Notes: generated from the letters alone by a model not told the origin. A stretch of DNA of 64,000 bases from Takakia lepidozioides (GCA_030704615.1 CM060731.1:7130001-7194000); one strand, 5' to 3'; counted from the first letter of the stretch, positions 26,131 to 39,110 are shown. Numbers and translations are program-made.

Positions 26131-27129
26131 CTTGGAGAGAGCCTAACTCATTAACACTTCTGAAGTGTCCCCAAACGAGAAGCACCTGCTGCCTTGGCCC
26201 AGTGTTCTCCATCAAGCGACGCCTCGTCATTTGCTCTCTTGCTCTGAGTCTCTCTCTAAGGGAAGTAAAATAGAGTGACTTCCTTCTCTTTCGTATTGTA
26301 GAAGAAACCCTCTCCAGCTTGACTACCTCTCTCCCTCTAAGTGCGGAAACTTGAAAGACAAAGTGAGTTGCGTGCGTGCGTTGGGGATTGCCTCTAGAAG
26401 CATTGGACTCCCTGTCGCATGACCGTTACACAAATGTCGCTCCCTTATTAGTGCACCTGCCAGCCATTAGTGGACAACTGTTCGTCTGTAATGTAGTAAT
26501 CGATGTCTGACGTGTGTCGCCCAAAATGAACGGCGTGTCGTTTATTTGAACGGTTTCAATAATTGAAAATAACAACGACAAATAATATAAATGAATACCA
26601 CATTGCATATAAACAACGACTGCTCAGCCTAAAACCAATGGTCTGACTGCTCAGCCTAAAGCAAAATGCCTATGCCATCAGAACCTTGCCACCGTGGAAT
26701 AAAATATATGGGGCCATCTGGCGCACAATCTCAGACAAATAAATGTAAATGAACGAGTGTTTGATGACAATTTTTTGGATATCATACACATTCATCCTTG
26801 TAATCCAACCCCATGTACGTTTCGCAGTTTGGACTTTCCAGGTGCGCATGATCATTGGTACTAGTATAAAGATACATTTACTTCATCTGCTATCCCACCC
26901 TCACATCCTTTGGCACACTTCCGAGAAGTCGGCTGGTTATTATGTTTATTGATGAGGTTCTGAATAAAGGTTTAACAGCTACCGAAATTGCTCCTAGGGA
27001 TACTCTGTCTACAGGGCCCACAAAAAAAGTAATTAAAATGGACGGTTGTTGCATGTCTGGAAGGAATAACAGAATGTGCACAATCATTGTGTGAGTTTTC
27101 TCCGCGATATTCTCTGCTCATTCTTCAAC

Positions 27130-29630
27130 AGTGTACTGGAGACCTCAGTCAACAGATTTCACTAAAGAGCTGCGATAGCAAGGCATCTTCGTACGAGAGG
27201 AGGGAAGATGGCTTCCTCTGAAGCGGAGTTCTTCTCTGACGACAAACCAGTGCCGTTCTCCAAGGAAGCCCTTGACAATGGATTCGCAATTGTCCTGGAA
27301 CATGTCTTGGCTACCCGGTTTGAGCTTCATAATGCTCCATCTTTTTGGAGAAAGATGTGTACGATTTGGAAGGGAAGTTGTTGAAATACTCTTTCCAAAA
27401 CCATGATGAGACGGCTCATGTTAGCCAGTGGAGAGTGCGCCCTGGTCGATACAGAGTACTTGGAGAGCCTCGGCGGAAGTCCCTTGGATCATATGTGACG
27501 CCCGGGACTGCTGCTTTAGTCGTTGAAGACAAGAAGGAGGTGGTGGTGAAAAAAGAATAGACGTCCTCCACTCCAATCGTTGAGCTTTCGGATTCGTCCG
27601 ATGATGACATAAGTGAAATTCCAAATCCAGGCCTTCCTACTGTAGTTCGGGAAGCAGATGAAGATTGCATTTGTAGTGTCATTCCAAAACTGCGGGCGAT
27701 GGGAGGAATGGCAGGTTTCAAAAGTGAGTTGCGAGGAATTCATTGGGAATCTTTGAAGCAGGTGCCTGTGAAGTTCCTGCCAGAGACTTTTGATGGCGAT
27801 ATCCTATTCGAGCTGCCTCCTCCTCCGCGAGTTGGAGGTGTAACAATCATGATGCATGGAATGGACAAGAAACACGACGGGCACCCGTGGAGCAGAACAA
27901 AAACATCCAATATTCAAAATGATGACAAGCTTGTTTTCAGGAGAACAATTTGCAATGGACACCTTAGGTGTGATAATTTGAATTGCAGACACTTTCTTCA
28001 GTCTGGGGTTCACAATCAAAGCAAGTGGGAGAAAATCCATTTAAGCCTGGGACTGCCCCTCCACCGGCACACACTTTCGTTTGCAAATTCTGCAAACTTG
28101 TGTCATCCTGCCTGACGCTGTGCGGAGCAAGAATGTACTATGTTGTCCACCGTTTGAAAACAATGACAAGAGCTTGTGTGCATTTCGGTTTCCATAACCA
28201 TCCTGTCTCGAAGGGGGATTACAGGGAGAGTGTTGAGACAGTATCGAGGTTGATTAAACAGGAGTACGAGAGAAACCCATCCGCAACAACATCTGCAATT
28301 GCTCTTGGCGCAAGCAAGTCCTTCTTGGAAAGCCATATTTTGAGTGAAGGGGATTCTGTGGGGACTAAACTTGACGGTGCCGCATTGGACCTAGTCATGG
28401 ATCATTTCTCCACTTTGAGTTCACATAATATTCGGCATCAGATCAATGCATTGAGAATGGGCTCTGGGATCAGAGGCTACATAGACAACATTTTGGAATT
28501 GAAACGACTGAGCAAGTACGACTACATCCAGGACAATGTTTTCCCAGGTCAAGGTGCCATCAAAGTGTTTCTTTTCAAAATGACGACTGTTGGGGAGGGC
28601 AGTGGCGTTAGCCTCGTGAAGCGGATGCAGAAGACTGGGGACTTGCAAAATTGTTTTCTTATGTTTAATCATGTGAAACGAGTGAAAGACTGGACGACAA
28701 TGGTTTGTCATGTGTACGATCCAGTGTACCAACGAGTTATGACAATTACAGTTTGTGACATGCAATCCGAGGATACGGAATCCCATAAGCTCATGTGGAA
28801 TTCCTTGATACGTGTTATGGGCTGCCATGGGGTGCCATCTCCAAATTTCGTTGGTTTCATGGCGGATAGTGCTTATGTGAATCTCAATGCTGTTCGAATT
28901 GTCTTCGGATCGGGTGACCCAAAAGTGCCAATGTCGGGAAGGAGCGTACATGTCTATTCCATTGGACACAATCTCTGGAGAAACATACAAAGGCGCATCA
29001 AACCAGAGATGCAGACTCAGCACCGTACATTGTGCAAAGAGTACAAAGATGCTAGAACAATGAAGGAGGCGGACACTTTGTTCCAGACAATTCGTGCCTG
29101 GTGGTTCTCTTCTGGAGCTGCATTGCTTGAGAGTATGAGAGCATTGGAAGATTGGCTAGCGTTTTGGCACTTCCGGTACAGACAGTGGGGAGCAGCCATG
29201 ACAATGGTACGAGGCTTCTATTTCTTGTTTTATTCATATATTTGCTTTCCATATTTTTGACTCCTTGCTTTCTTTATGTTGTTTCCTGTGCACTGTTCTG
29301 AAGTGTGGTTCTCCTCTTTGCAGAACATGTCCATTGAGGAAATGGCGGACATGCCATCTTGCAATTTGGCAGAGACTGTGCACAACGCATGGTTGCAACA
29401 GTCTGGGAAACGAGGTCGGGATTTGTATTTGGCAACTACAGATGATTTGATACGTGCCTTGCAACAACAAACCCGATACCGTGATTTCTTGCGAGGTGGG
29501 GTTGGTGGCAAGGGTCCGGACAAATTGGAGTTGATGTTGCGTGCTGCAAACAGATCTGGGGATCCAAGCAAGATAGCACCGGCGGTGAGCATGTATGCCC
29601 AGGGAATGCCGTTCTATGAAAACAAAATCA
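27130..29630 (+). mobile_element. Mutator-like (MULE) transposase pseudogene with GCM/WRKY-type Zn DNA-binding region; truncated before the SWIM finger
   Basis: DGHPWSRTKTSNI..CNGHLRCDNLNC; CKFC..C.ARMYY..HNHP; FNHVKRVKDWTTM.CHVYD; FMADSA..N.NAVRIVFG; WLAFWHFRYRQWG; CNLAETVHNAWLQQSG. Intron at about 29207-29323; frameshifts near 28030 and 28940. Confidence 0.75.
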
Positions 29631-30876
29631 TCGAGGTCTCCCAATTATAGCCTTAAGGGCTAGACCGGCACCTCCATCCACACCTTGGTCTTAAGGGCAC
29701 CTCCGTCCAACAAAGGTGGGTGAAGATATTTAAGGATGCGGTCCCACATTAAGAACATTCAACAATATACGTCAAAACAAAGATACAATAGCACGATGAG
29801 AGACATTCGTCTACTTGTCTGGCTATATTCTCGTAGGTTAGGGCCTATCTATGTCCCACCTATGACCAACCAAGGTTGATGATGATATAGAGGTTTGGGC
29901 ATTGAAGAACAACGAGAGTAGTTTTTTGATATTTTCTATTTGTAGGCACCTCTGTTGGACAAAGGTGGCATGACTAATTTGTTATTAAAGTCAAGTGCTT
30001 AGCTATGTTTTCATATTGACCTTCGCCCATTTGGGCAACAAAGGTTACATAACAATTGATTTTTTCAAGACATGAACAAATGTGGCTTACTACAACTCTA
30101 GGACTTTCAGGAGAACGGTTGAGGTAGGAGTGTGGAGAAGGTGGTACCTGCAAATCAATCTTTTAGCGGCGCGAGGGGCGCCTGAATCATCTGACAACAA
30201 CATTGTCCTACGATGGGATTCAATCTCCGACCTTAATAATTGCTTGTAGGCCTTCTTCTTCCATTCGTGTATCCAGCGGTCTAAGAGAGGTGCACTTCCC
30301 TCATCCATAGGGTTATCTGTGATCTTGTCGAGCAGCTCCATAGCCTCCGTGGTTCTCCCATGGTTACCTCTGGACATTGTGTACATAGTTAGAGCAATTC
30401 ATAACAAAAGACATACAACTATTACAACAGTATTGTAGAGGAACCACGCTCATCACCTGAAACCACCATGTTTCTTGGGCCAGCCATTTATCCATTATTT
30501 TGTCTGTGATCTTCCCTTCTACCTCTCTCTGTTGTGCAGGTGCTGCAATATGCAGTTGCAACGCGGAGACTACAACACAAGAGCAGACCGAGAATGAGGC
30601 TGCAGCTGTCACTTAGTCAGAGAGAACAGTGAGAGTTGGAAACCAGACTGTGGAAATTCGCAGGGAAACTGAAGGAGGTGGAAGTCCGGGGAATGCTGAT
30701 CTGAGAGAAGGTCTACAAACCCTAGAGCAGACAAAACTTCCAGCAGATGAGAAAGGGAAGAGGAAAGCTGCAGAAGGGGATCCAAATTCAAAACCTAAGA
30801 AGGCGCCAGTAAGTGTTCTCTACCTTCCATTTCTTGTTTAAAGATCTACGAAGAGAGTGAGTGCAATGTCCTAGAA

Positions 30877-31413
30877 AGTGATGGTCGGTACCGACCATCA
30901 CTATGAAGCCATGTTGATTTGCTTTGTACTCCTTTGTTTATGGTTTTCCACACCAGCAGTTTGTGACTGGTGGTACCGCCATTCACTATGAAGCCATGTT
31001 GATTTGCTTTGTACTCCTCTGTTTATGGTTTTCCACACCAGCAGTTTGTGACTGGTGGTACCGCCATTCACTATGAAGCCATGTTGATTTGCTTTGTACT
31101 CCTCTGTTTATGGTTTTCCACACCAGTAGTTTGTGACTGGTGGTACCCCCATTCACTATGAAGCCATGTTGATTTGCTTTGTACTCCTCTGTTTATGGTT
31201 TTTCACACCTACAGTTTGTGACTGGCGGTACAGCCATTCACTATGAAGCCATGTTGATTTGCTTTGTACTCCTCTGTTTATGGTTTTTCACACCTGCAGT
31301 TTGTGACTGGCGGTACCGCCATTCACTATGAAGCCATGTTGATTTGCTTTGTACTCCTCTGTTTATGGTTTTCCACACCAGCAGTTTGTGACTGGCAGTA
31401 CCGCCATTCACTG
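30877..31413. repeat. 85-bp tandem array (about 6.3 copies); each unit carries a 24-26-bp palindrome
   Basis: Palindrome cores at 30887, 30972, 31057, 31142, 31227, 31312 and 31397. The first is the perfect palindrome AGTGATGGTCGGTACCGACCATCACT (30877-30902). Confidence 0.95.
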
Positions 31414-33947
31414 TTCTTCAGATCGTAGAGTCAGTCTGATTGCCTTTCAAACACTCCTTCTCTTTCATTCTGTAGCAGGAACATGTGATTGTCGGCATTC
31501 GATTCTAGTGTAGTGCGATTGTCGTTAACGCCATTCGATTCTCCTCATGAGCTTTATGTACCTGTGGAGGGAGAGTGTTGGTCGGCATATTCAGTTAGTT
31601 AGTCTTGCATTGCATTTTCTATGTTTCAGGTTGAACAGATTAGGGAAGTGGAATGGCGGTACCGCCAATCACTTTTTTGGAGACCATACTATAGATTTAT
31701 GTAGAGTATCGATTGGAAAGTACGTTCGAGACAGACAAGAAACAATGATTGTTTGTGACGATCATCACAATGGAGTCTCTCTGACTTATCTGCACTCAAT
31801 TTCTGCCCTAAACTAGACTGAGTGTCGGTGCCGCCAATCACTTAGACATATATTTCATTGCACCAAACCGATCCAGCAAGTTCTTCAAATGCAATGTTTT
31901 TTTATTGTCGTTAACGCCGTTCGCTAATGCTCAGAACCTCAGTGTACATGTTTGCCCAGAAACATAGTGATTGTCAGGACCGACCATCACTATGTAGTCA
32001 TATTGTTTTGGCTTGCATTCGTCTGGATCGGCTTTGGTTTTGTAGATGGTTGTGAATGTCGGTGCCGCCATTCGTTGTGATTTGAGAGGAGACGGAGTGA
32101 TGGTCGGTACGGACGTTCACTATTTGCACATTACTCACTGACAGATTGGAATGGCATCATGCAAAAAACTGTGAAGTCCAAGCAGACAGGAACAGAGGCA
32201 ACAGGTTCTGGAGATGGGGACGAGTCTGGCAAGAGCTCTGAGAATAGCGATGAAGCAGATGAACCTGAAGTGCACGACCTTGACAAGGTGAAAGAACTCA
32301 TGTCATTCCAGAAGGTAAACTCTCAAGAGGTTATTAGGGACATGCTCGTCTCTGGAGGGCGTCTGGACATCCCACTATGTCGGATGATATCTATGCCTGT
32401 TGTGCGTCCCCCTCTTTCCCATGACATAACAAAATTGGAAACTGATTTCGTGCATGGATACAGACTTGGTGCACAAGTTTTTTAGGTGTCACTGACGGAT
32501 ACAAATGGGAAAAGCACATTAGTGTCTCCTGAGATCAGAGATACCTGGGATGAGTGCTAGAAGGATGTTAATGAGGAGTTCGAGCTGGGCCTCATGATGG
32601 GAAGAAACACCCAGCAATTCTGCAACCACATGTTCTACGTCTGGGACGGCAACCACCGATTGCTGGCATGGATGGGATACATTCAGAAACATCATGCGAA
32701 AGACAAAGACAAGCATGTTGTTGTAGAGGCAATGGTTTTGGATCCTGGAAACGACATCGCTAGGCTTCTTACAGCTATGCACGACGTGAACAAGTAAGTC
32801 ATCCTAGAGACTCCATTGCCTCTCCAATGTCTTGTTAATCCCACCAAAAAACGATGTTTACCAATGCATTGTTTCCAATCTTATGGCAGATCGATAGAGA
32901 AATCGCATGTGACAACAAGCTTGGTCCACACACTATTCCGAATTCAGAGGATTGGTCTGATGAAGCTGGATGATTTTCACACAGTACTCCACCCCGATAT
33001 AATCAAGAAGTGCGAAACAGGAAGAGCTGCAGGCACTTGGTATTCTTTGACTCGAGAGGCGTTTCTGGAGTACATGTATGCGTAAGGCCGAGCCTGTACT
33101 CACTTGTCTTTCTGAATACATGTTTGTATTTTGTTTTGTACTCATCCCTATTTTGATCAATGCAGCAAGAGCTGGCAGAGGCAGCTGAGAAGGGGAAATC
33201 CGAATACTACCGCACTACAACAGAGGAACTTAGGACATCAAAGGGTGTGGAAGCAGTAATAAAGAAGGAGTATGAAATCCGCAGAACCAAACTGATGTCC
33301 GCCTTCGGAAAGCAGCTTAGAATAGTAGATCCTGGCCTTGGTGCTGAGTTTCTTCTGCAGATCAAATCTCACTATGACAAGCATGTGCACCTGGAGATGC
33401 AGCAGGAGAAAAAGCACCGACTGGCCATCTCCATGGTCGACCCCCAAACCAAAATAAGGTGGCTGGAGATTTGGAACTCAGATCAGATATTGAAGGATTT
33501 GAATCAGTTCCCAAAGAGCACTATACAGCCTGACACAAAGGTGGAAGGAATCAGTGACATTGTGTTTGACAACTGGCTTCACAAGGCTACATTTTGGAGT
33601 CAGGTATGTATTCAAATAAATTCCATTTTTGTTGACTTCATGAATGTGATGAGTACCTTATTTGCAAAACTGACAAATGTACTATTTGCAGCTGGAGAAG
33701 CGCGCCACCATAGGACTTGAACATTTCAATTGTTTCCCCGCCTCAAATGACATTGGAGGCATACATAAGGAAGTAGAGAGGTCTCACCTGGAGATATTGT
33801 TTTTTCCGAGAGTTCTCCAAGGACGGTAACATTTTGCAGTCCAACGACTTTGACAGTCAGGTTGGGGGAGAGTGGGCCATGATGCGAGTTGTGTACAGGT
33901 GCAATGTCCTACTGAGAAATTTTTAGACTTTGTTAGCAGTGTAATCA

Positions 33948-34430
33948 CAGATCCAAAGTGAATGTCGGTGCCGACATTCACTTCTATGTCTGTGTCCTTC
34001 CAAACCTAGAGATTGCATTCACCTGGATTAGCAACTTAGTGTGTGTTTGCAGTGTTCTTGAATGGAATTTTGTGAATGGCATTGACGACATTCACATCCA
34101 GAGCTGTTGTGAGCTCCAGAGAGTTTTTGTACATTTTGTATGTTTCGTTGACATTTTGGTGAGAGTTCCTCACTCCAGGTTTCTGAATGTCGTTGCCGAC
34201 ATTCAGTTTCCTTGCAATGTTGTTGCCTCTTGTGAGAAATCGTTGTAATCAACGATCCAAAGTGAATGTCGTTGCCGACATTCACTTCTATGTCTGTGTC
34301 CTTCCAAAGCCAGAGATTGCATTCACCTGGATTAGGAACTTATGGTGTGTTTGCAGTGTCCTTGAATGGAATTTTGTGAATGTCGTTGACGACATTCACA
34401 TCCAGAGCTGTTGTGAGCTCCTGAGAGCTC
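33948..34430. repeat. Intronic duplication with a 304-bp period, containing five GTGAATGTCG-N4-CGACATTCAC-type palindromes
   Basis: Palindromes at about 33958, 34072, 34183, 34262 and 34376. A ~170-bp block is repeated at 33950 and 34254. Confidence 0.9.
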
Positions 34431-36889
34431 CTTAGAGCTGTTCTGGGCTCCATTTCCTTCCTCATTTTTTTCATTCTGTGCTACTGGCATCTTACTCACT
34501 TCGCGCTTTGGTGGGTTGTGTTTTGTCTCGTGTTTCACAGGTACACAAAATATGTGCTTATGGATGGAAATCACCTTAGCGGTATTCCAGACTATCTTGA
34601 CATGTGGTCGGACCCTGCAAACGATCCAACCATGTACACTGCATGGATATTGAAGGATTGGAGTCCTTCTCACTTCAGAGACTATGGTTGGTACCTAGAC
34701 TGCCCACCTGAGCACACGACCTTTCAAGAGCAGCACATGAAATATTTGAACAATAATGCTGAGATGCTTGCGCCTCTGAATGACGAGGAGTACCAAAGAA
34801 ACATAGCAACATTGGCTGCCAAGGAGCCCGATGCTCAGGAAACAACGCAGAAGGGCAAGAAGGCGGGGCGCAAACCAAAAGACAAGGCTCTTGATGTCAT
34901 AGCCAGGTCACCAGCAAAGCCAAAGGACAAAGACAAGTCCAAGGACAAGGACAAGGAAAAGGACAAGAGGAAGGAGAAAGAAACAGAAAGGGAGATGGAA
35001 AAAAAGAGTGAGAATGACGTCAGTGCTGGAAGGTATACCCGCACAATTCAATGCGTGTTCGATGCCAGGCCACACCCTTCTCGTGCAGATTCGGCAGGCG
35101 AGATTAAGATTGTCAATGAGGGATGGCTGGCGACGATGCAGAGTCGAAAGAGAGGATACACTTGGGTGCCTTCGCCTACCTGGGACAACATGATCTCATT
35201 CCTTAATTTGGTGACAATTTGATTTTCTTTCCTTTGCATCTGTAAGTGTCATTTGCAGCCTTAAAATTTGGTTCTTTGAAAACATTCTTGTCTTCGTTCT
35301 AAAATTTGACATGTTTGTTGCAGGTGAGCACTGGTCCCACCTTCGTGTGCGGTGTGCAGAAAACATTTGCGGTTGACATTGTCATTCTCGACATCCCGGA
35401 CGGCCAGGCCGTGCCAGAAGTTCTTTCGAAGGGCAAGATGCCAAGCTGGAACAAATTCGATGACAACTATTGGAGTTGGGTGTTCGGGTTCTGCAATAAT
35501 TTCCTCTCTGATGTAGGGACACTGCTGCTTTTTCAATCATGTGACAAAGATAGTCGACCTTGGCATCATACCTGAAGTCCTCTGGGTTTGAAGTTTTGCG
35601 CATATGGAATTGTGTGAACAGCCTATACCTTGTGAAAGGGGGTTGTCCTGGTCAGCTGGTATGCCGTCTCCCTTCTTCTTGTGCTTTCATGCTACGTTTC
35701 AATGTTATCTGGAGCTCCACTATAGAAGAATGTGTAATGATCGACACCGATCATGACAGATTCGTGACAAAACAGATTGTTGTATGCCTTTGTTTTGAAT
35801 TCCAGTGTGCAAACTTCCACTATAGTTTGTGTTTACCACCCTAACCTGCAGTCTTTGGCAGACGAGGATGTTCGAGGCGATCTGCGTGCGGAGGATTCGC
35901 ACCTCAAAGACACCATCCTCCTCCGCAGCTTTGAGATTTCTGACCAGGGTTGTTTCATCAACCCCCCGTATGAGTCGCATGTCGATGACATTTTGTACAA
36001 CTTCATGCAGTCCAGTCAGACTCTCAAGAGACCAGATGGCACTCCCTGGAGAGGTGCAAAGGAAAAAACCCCAACGTTCATGCAGATACTGCTGGAGTCA
36101 CGCAGCCACCATTCTGCACGGGTGGTCAATCTTTTTGTGTCCACAGGTTCGTTCTCTCCCTTCCGACCAGTTTCATCTTCTTAAATCCCCCCCCCCCCCC
36201 CCCACCAACCTGTTCATGTCCTCCTGTCTGGTGCAGGAGCAACTTACCATGCATGCAAGGCAGGCGGAAGAAGCCTTTTTGGCATGGAGGGTGATTCTGA
36301 CCTTTACAAGATAGTGCTCCTCCCTCTTTTGTCTGACTCCACTTCAGGCACACAGACTGAGAGGATTCAAATCCGAAATGATGACGATCCCGAGGATAAG
36401 CAGGTCGACAACGACTTTTCATGTGAGTAAGTCCTAAACCCACTTTGGGAGCCATACTCAATTTCTCGGACATCAAATTTATAGTAATAACTTTTTTCGG
36501 GCTGTGACTGGCAGGAAAGGCAGCGATGGATCTTCAGGATATACCCTCATTTGTGACGAGTCTGTTTTCGACAACCCCCTTTCCAATTTTCTGCTTCCTG
36601 TGTATGCCGAAGCAATGACACTTCATGCGGCCGAGTCTCTATCCCCTGATTTTTTATTGCCCGGCCGCAGATGTAGCCAGCGTAGATCCGGAGTTCTTCA
36701 ATACTTAGACTTAGATGCAAAGGACGCGGGGATACATTGTACTGAGTCAGACTGAACTTTGTTCTTTTAATGTTCTGTTTCATCCTCTTCGGAAAACATT
36801 GAATCCCCTTACTCCACTGTAGTTTTCCTGGCAAAAATAAAATAAAATCAAAGAATCCACTTTCATTCAAATGGCAATATGTATGAATC

Positions 36890-37245
36890 CATCCCACAAA
36901 CCCCACTCACTCTTGTCATATCCATTGTGCATTCATCTACTGTGCATTCATGCGTGCTCCATTCGTGAATGTTTTCCTTTATTAAACATCCAGTATACAT
37001 TCATCCACTGTACTCTGTTATCCACCCCACAAACCTACACACTCATGTCATATACATTGTGCATTCATCTACAGTGTATTCATGCATCCTCCAGTCATGA
37101 ATGTTTTCCATTATTCAACATCCATTATACATTCATCCATTTTACTATTACCCATCCCACATTCATCCATCTACTTTCACTTTTCGCACTCATCCATCTA
37201 TTTATCATCCACTCTACATTCATCCATCCTTAATTCATCTGTTGC
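36890..37245. repeat. ~133-bp tandem duplication grading into a CATCCAT/CATTCAT low-complexity tract
   Basis: cccacaaac..tgtcatat..cattgtgcattcatcta occurs twice, followed by many cattcatcc units. Confidence 0.7.
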
Positions 37246-38173
37246 TTTCAGGTGGGATTGACCACGTCCTTTTATTATGTCGTCCAGCTTGTTTCCGCGG
37301 TGAAGGGTGCTCTTCCGCGGGAATACACTCCACTTCGAGGCATCCCTGCAAGCCAGGCCAGCCATTGAGCGCGCCATGGTGACATCTGGAGTTGTCATGT
37401 TAGACAACCATGATGGCATTGTCTGTTTGAGTGGATCGGCAGGCAAGAAGTACCGGCCACTGCGGGTCTTGTTGGACTCGGGAGCTCAGCCATTGATGCT
37501 GGGCAGAGCTGCTATTGCAGGCTTGGGCCTCACGGAGGCGGATACGGAGTCGTGCCCTTTCCAGATACAGACATCTCTGGGAGGATCAGAGCAGGCTCGG
37601 GGCATGACACGGCATGAGTTGGCTATCAGACTACAGCCGGATCATCCTACAGATGGCTCAATGATGAGAGCCAAGGCCATTGTGAGAGACGCAGTCTCAT
37701 ACGATGTCCTTGTTGGTGGGGCAGTGTTGTACCCCATGGGCTTCACCCTGGATTTTTGGGAGGAGTCAGCTTCCTATAGGCCTGGATGGCAGTCAGGGGA
37801 GGGTCGGCGTGTGCAGCTCCTTGTGACGTTCATAGGAGGAGTTGCGGTTGCCCAACGAGGCAAGATGCCGACACTGGCAGCATTCACAGCTGCAGTGACT
37901 TGGCCTGGAGAGTTGCTTGAGGGCAACGCTCATTCAGAGGATGTGTCACCTCCGGGAGAGCAATTTGATATGTATGGTATGGCGGAGTTACCTGCCATGG
38001 TTGCTCACACTCCATTGTGGGGCTCGAGTAAGGATTTGCAGCGGGTTGCTGATTGTCGTGTGCAACAAGCCTGGGTAGAGGCTTTTGTACCGTCAGGAGA
38101 GGATGATAGTGCAGGGATTGCACTAGGACCACCTCAGTTGTCACCATTGGACACCACACCGATCGTGTGGTAG

Positions 38174-39110
38174 TGTCCGGATGAAGGCATTTGCCTTCTG
38201 GACTTGTTTGGCAGGATCAGCACCAGATTGGCTGCTGTGTGGGTACAACGTTACTTGTATGTAGAGAGGGATGAGACTGCACGACGCGTCTCACTCCGTC
38301 ATGTTGCTCAGTTGGTGCAGCAGTACCCTGAGTTGTTGCCGATGTCTGCGGTTTGTGGATATCAGCAGGCCTTGCCAGCAGAGGTTTGGAGCGGGTTGGC
38401 TCCATTGATTTGGTAGTGGCAGGTTGGCCTTGCCAAGGGCATTCATCAGCCGGGCATGGCAATGGATTGCGAGACTCGAGGTTGGGTCTGTTTTTGGCAG
38501 ATGGTGCGGGTTTTGCGCCACTTACAGCTTCATGAAGTTGTATCTCCAGCATACATCTTGGAGAATGTACCACTGATGGGCGATTCTCGGGCCAAGGTGA
38601 TGGCCAGTGTGCATCAAGTCCGGTCTAGCAGTGTTGCTGGATGCAGCTGCAGTGGGGTCACGGGCTCATCGTCCACGGTTATGGTGGACTAACTTGATGC
38701 CACCCGCACTGCTCAAGCGTGCATTTAATGGGGTGCAGTGGCCAACATACCTCACAATGGATTGGCATTTTGGACACAGGGAGGCAGTCTCAGCGTGTGA
38801 GACACGATGACCGTTTGCCTTTGGCAATGGTCAACAAGGTGGGTCAACCACGAGCAGCACTACCTACACTGCTCAGCTCCCTAGGATCGTATGCTTTCCG
38901 GGATAGTGGACCTGGCCTCCTGTGGGATGTTCGGCTGCAGCAGTTAGTGGAGCCTAATGCCGACGAGCGAGAGCGGGCTATGGGTTTTTCCACTGGGACC
39001 ACGACGGTGCCTTCTCTTTCTGAGGCATCACGTCGTCAGGTGTTGGGGCAAGCGATGAATCTCAATTGCTTGACCTGGATTATCAGCTTGGCTATGACTG
39101 AGCAACGTAG
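38174..39110 (+). pseudogene. DNMT3-like C5-cytosine methyltransferase domain within gypsy pol
   Basis: Motif I LLDLFG(R)IS, II YVERD, IV DLVVAGWPCQG, VI YILENVP, VIII AHRPRLWWTN, IX ERERAMGF, X RRQVLGQAM, in canonical order and broken by frameshifts. Confidence 0.88.

Larger units (their letters stand above)
30540..36755 (+). pseudogene. Multi-exon ParB/Srx-like + beta-class N4C/N6A DNA methyltransferase gene with in-frame stops
   Basis: Exons approx. 30540-30808, 32145-32793, 32890-33081, 33166-33603, 33692-33826, 34541-35210, 35324-35658, 35805-36146 and 36237-36424, possibly 36514-36755. ParB-like: VRPPL..DI.KL..DF..GY, MFYVWDGNHRLLAW. MTase: VDIVILDIPDG (motif IV position), RGAKEKTPTFMQILLE.RS..ARVVNLFVSTG|ATYHACKAGGRSLFGMEGD (motifs X-I-II). 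TAG stops at about 32483 and 32558. Confidence 0.78.

Noticed and set aside
30877-32120. CRISPR-like array of palindromic repeats
   Set aside because: The spacers in the regular part are near-identical (a tandem repeat), later copies are degenerate and irregularly spaced, there are no cas genes, and the context is a spliceosomal intron.
35958-35971. NPPY as the MTase catalytic motif IV
   Set aside because: It is not conserved in the 49-kb paralog (MNPDCF) and lies in the variable region. VILDIPDG follows a beta-strand at the position expected for beta-class enzymes. Not fully excluded.
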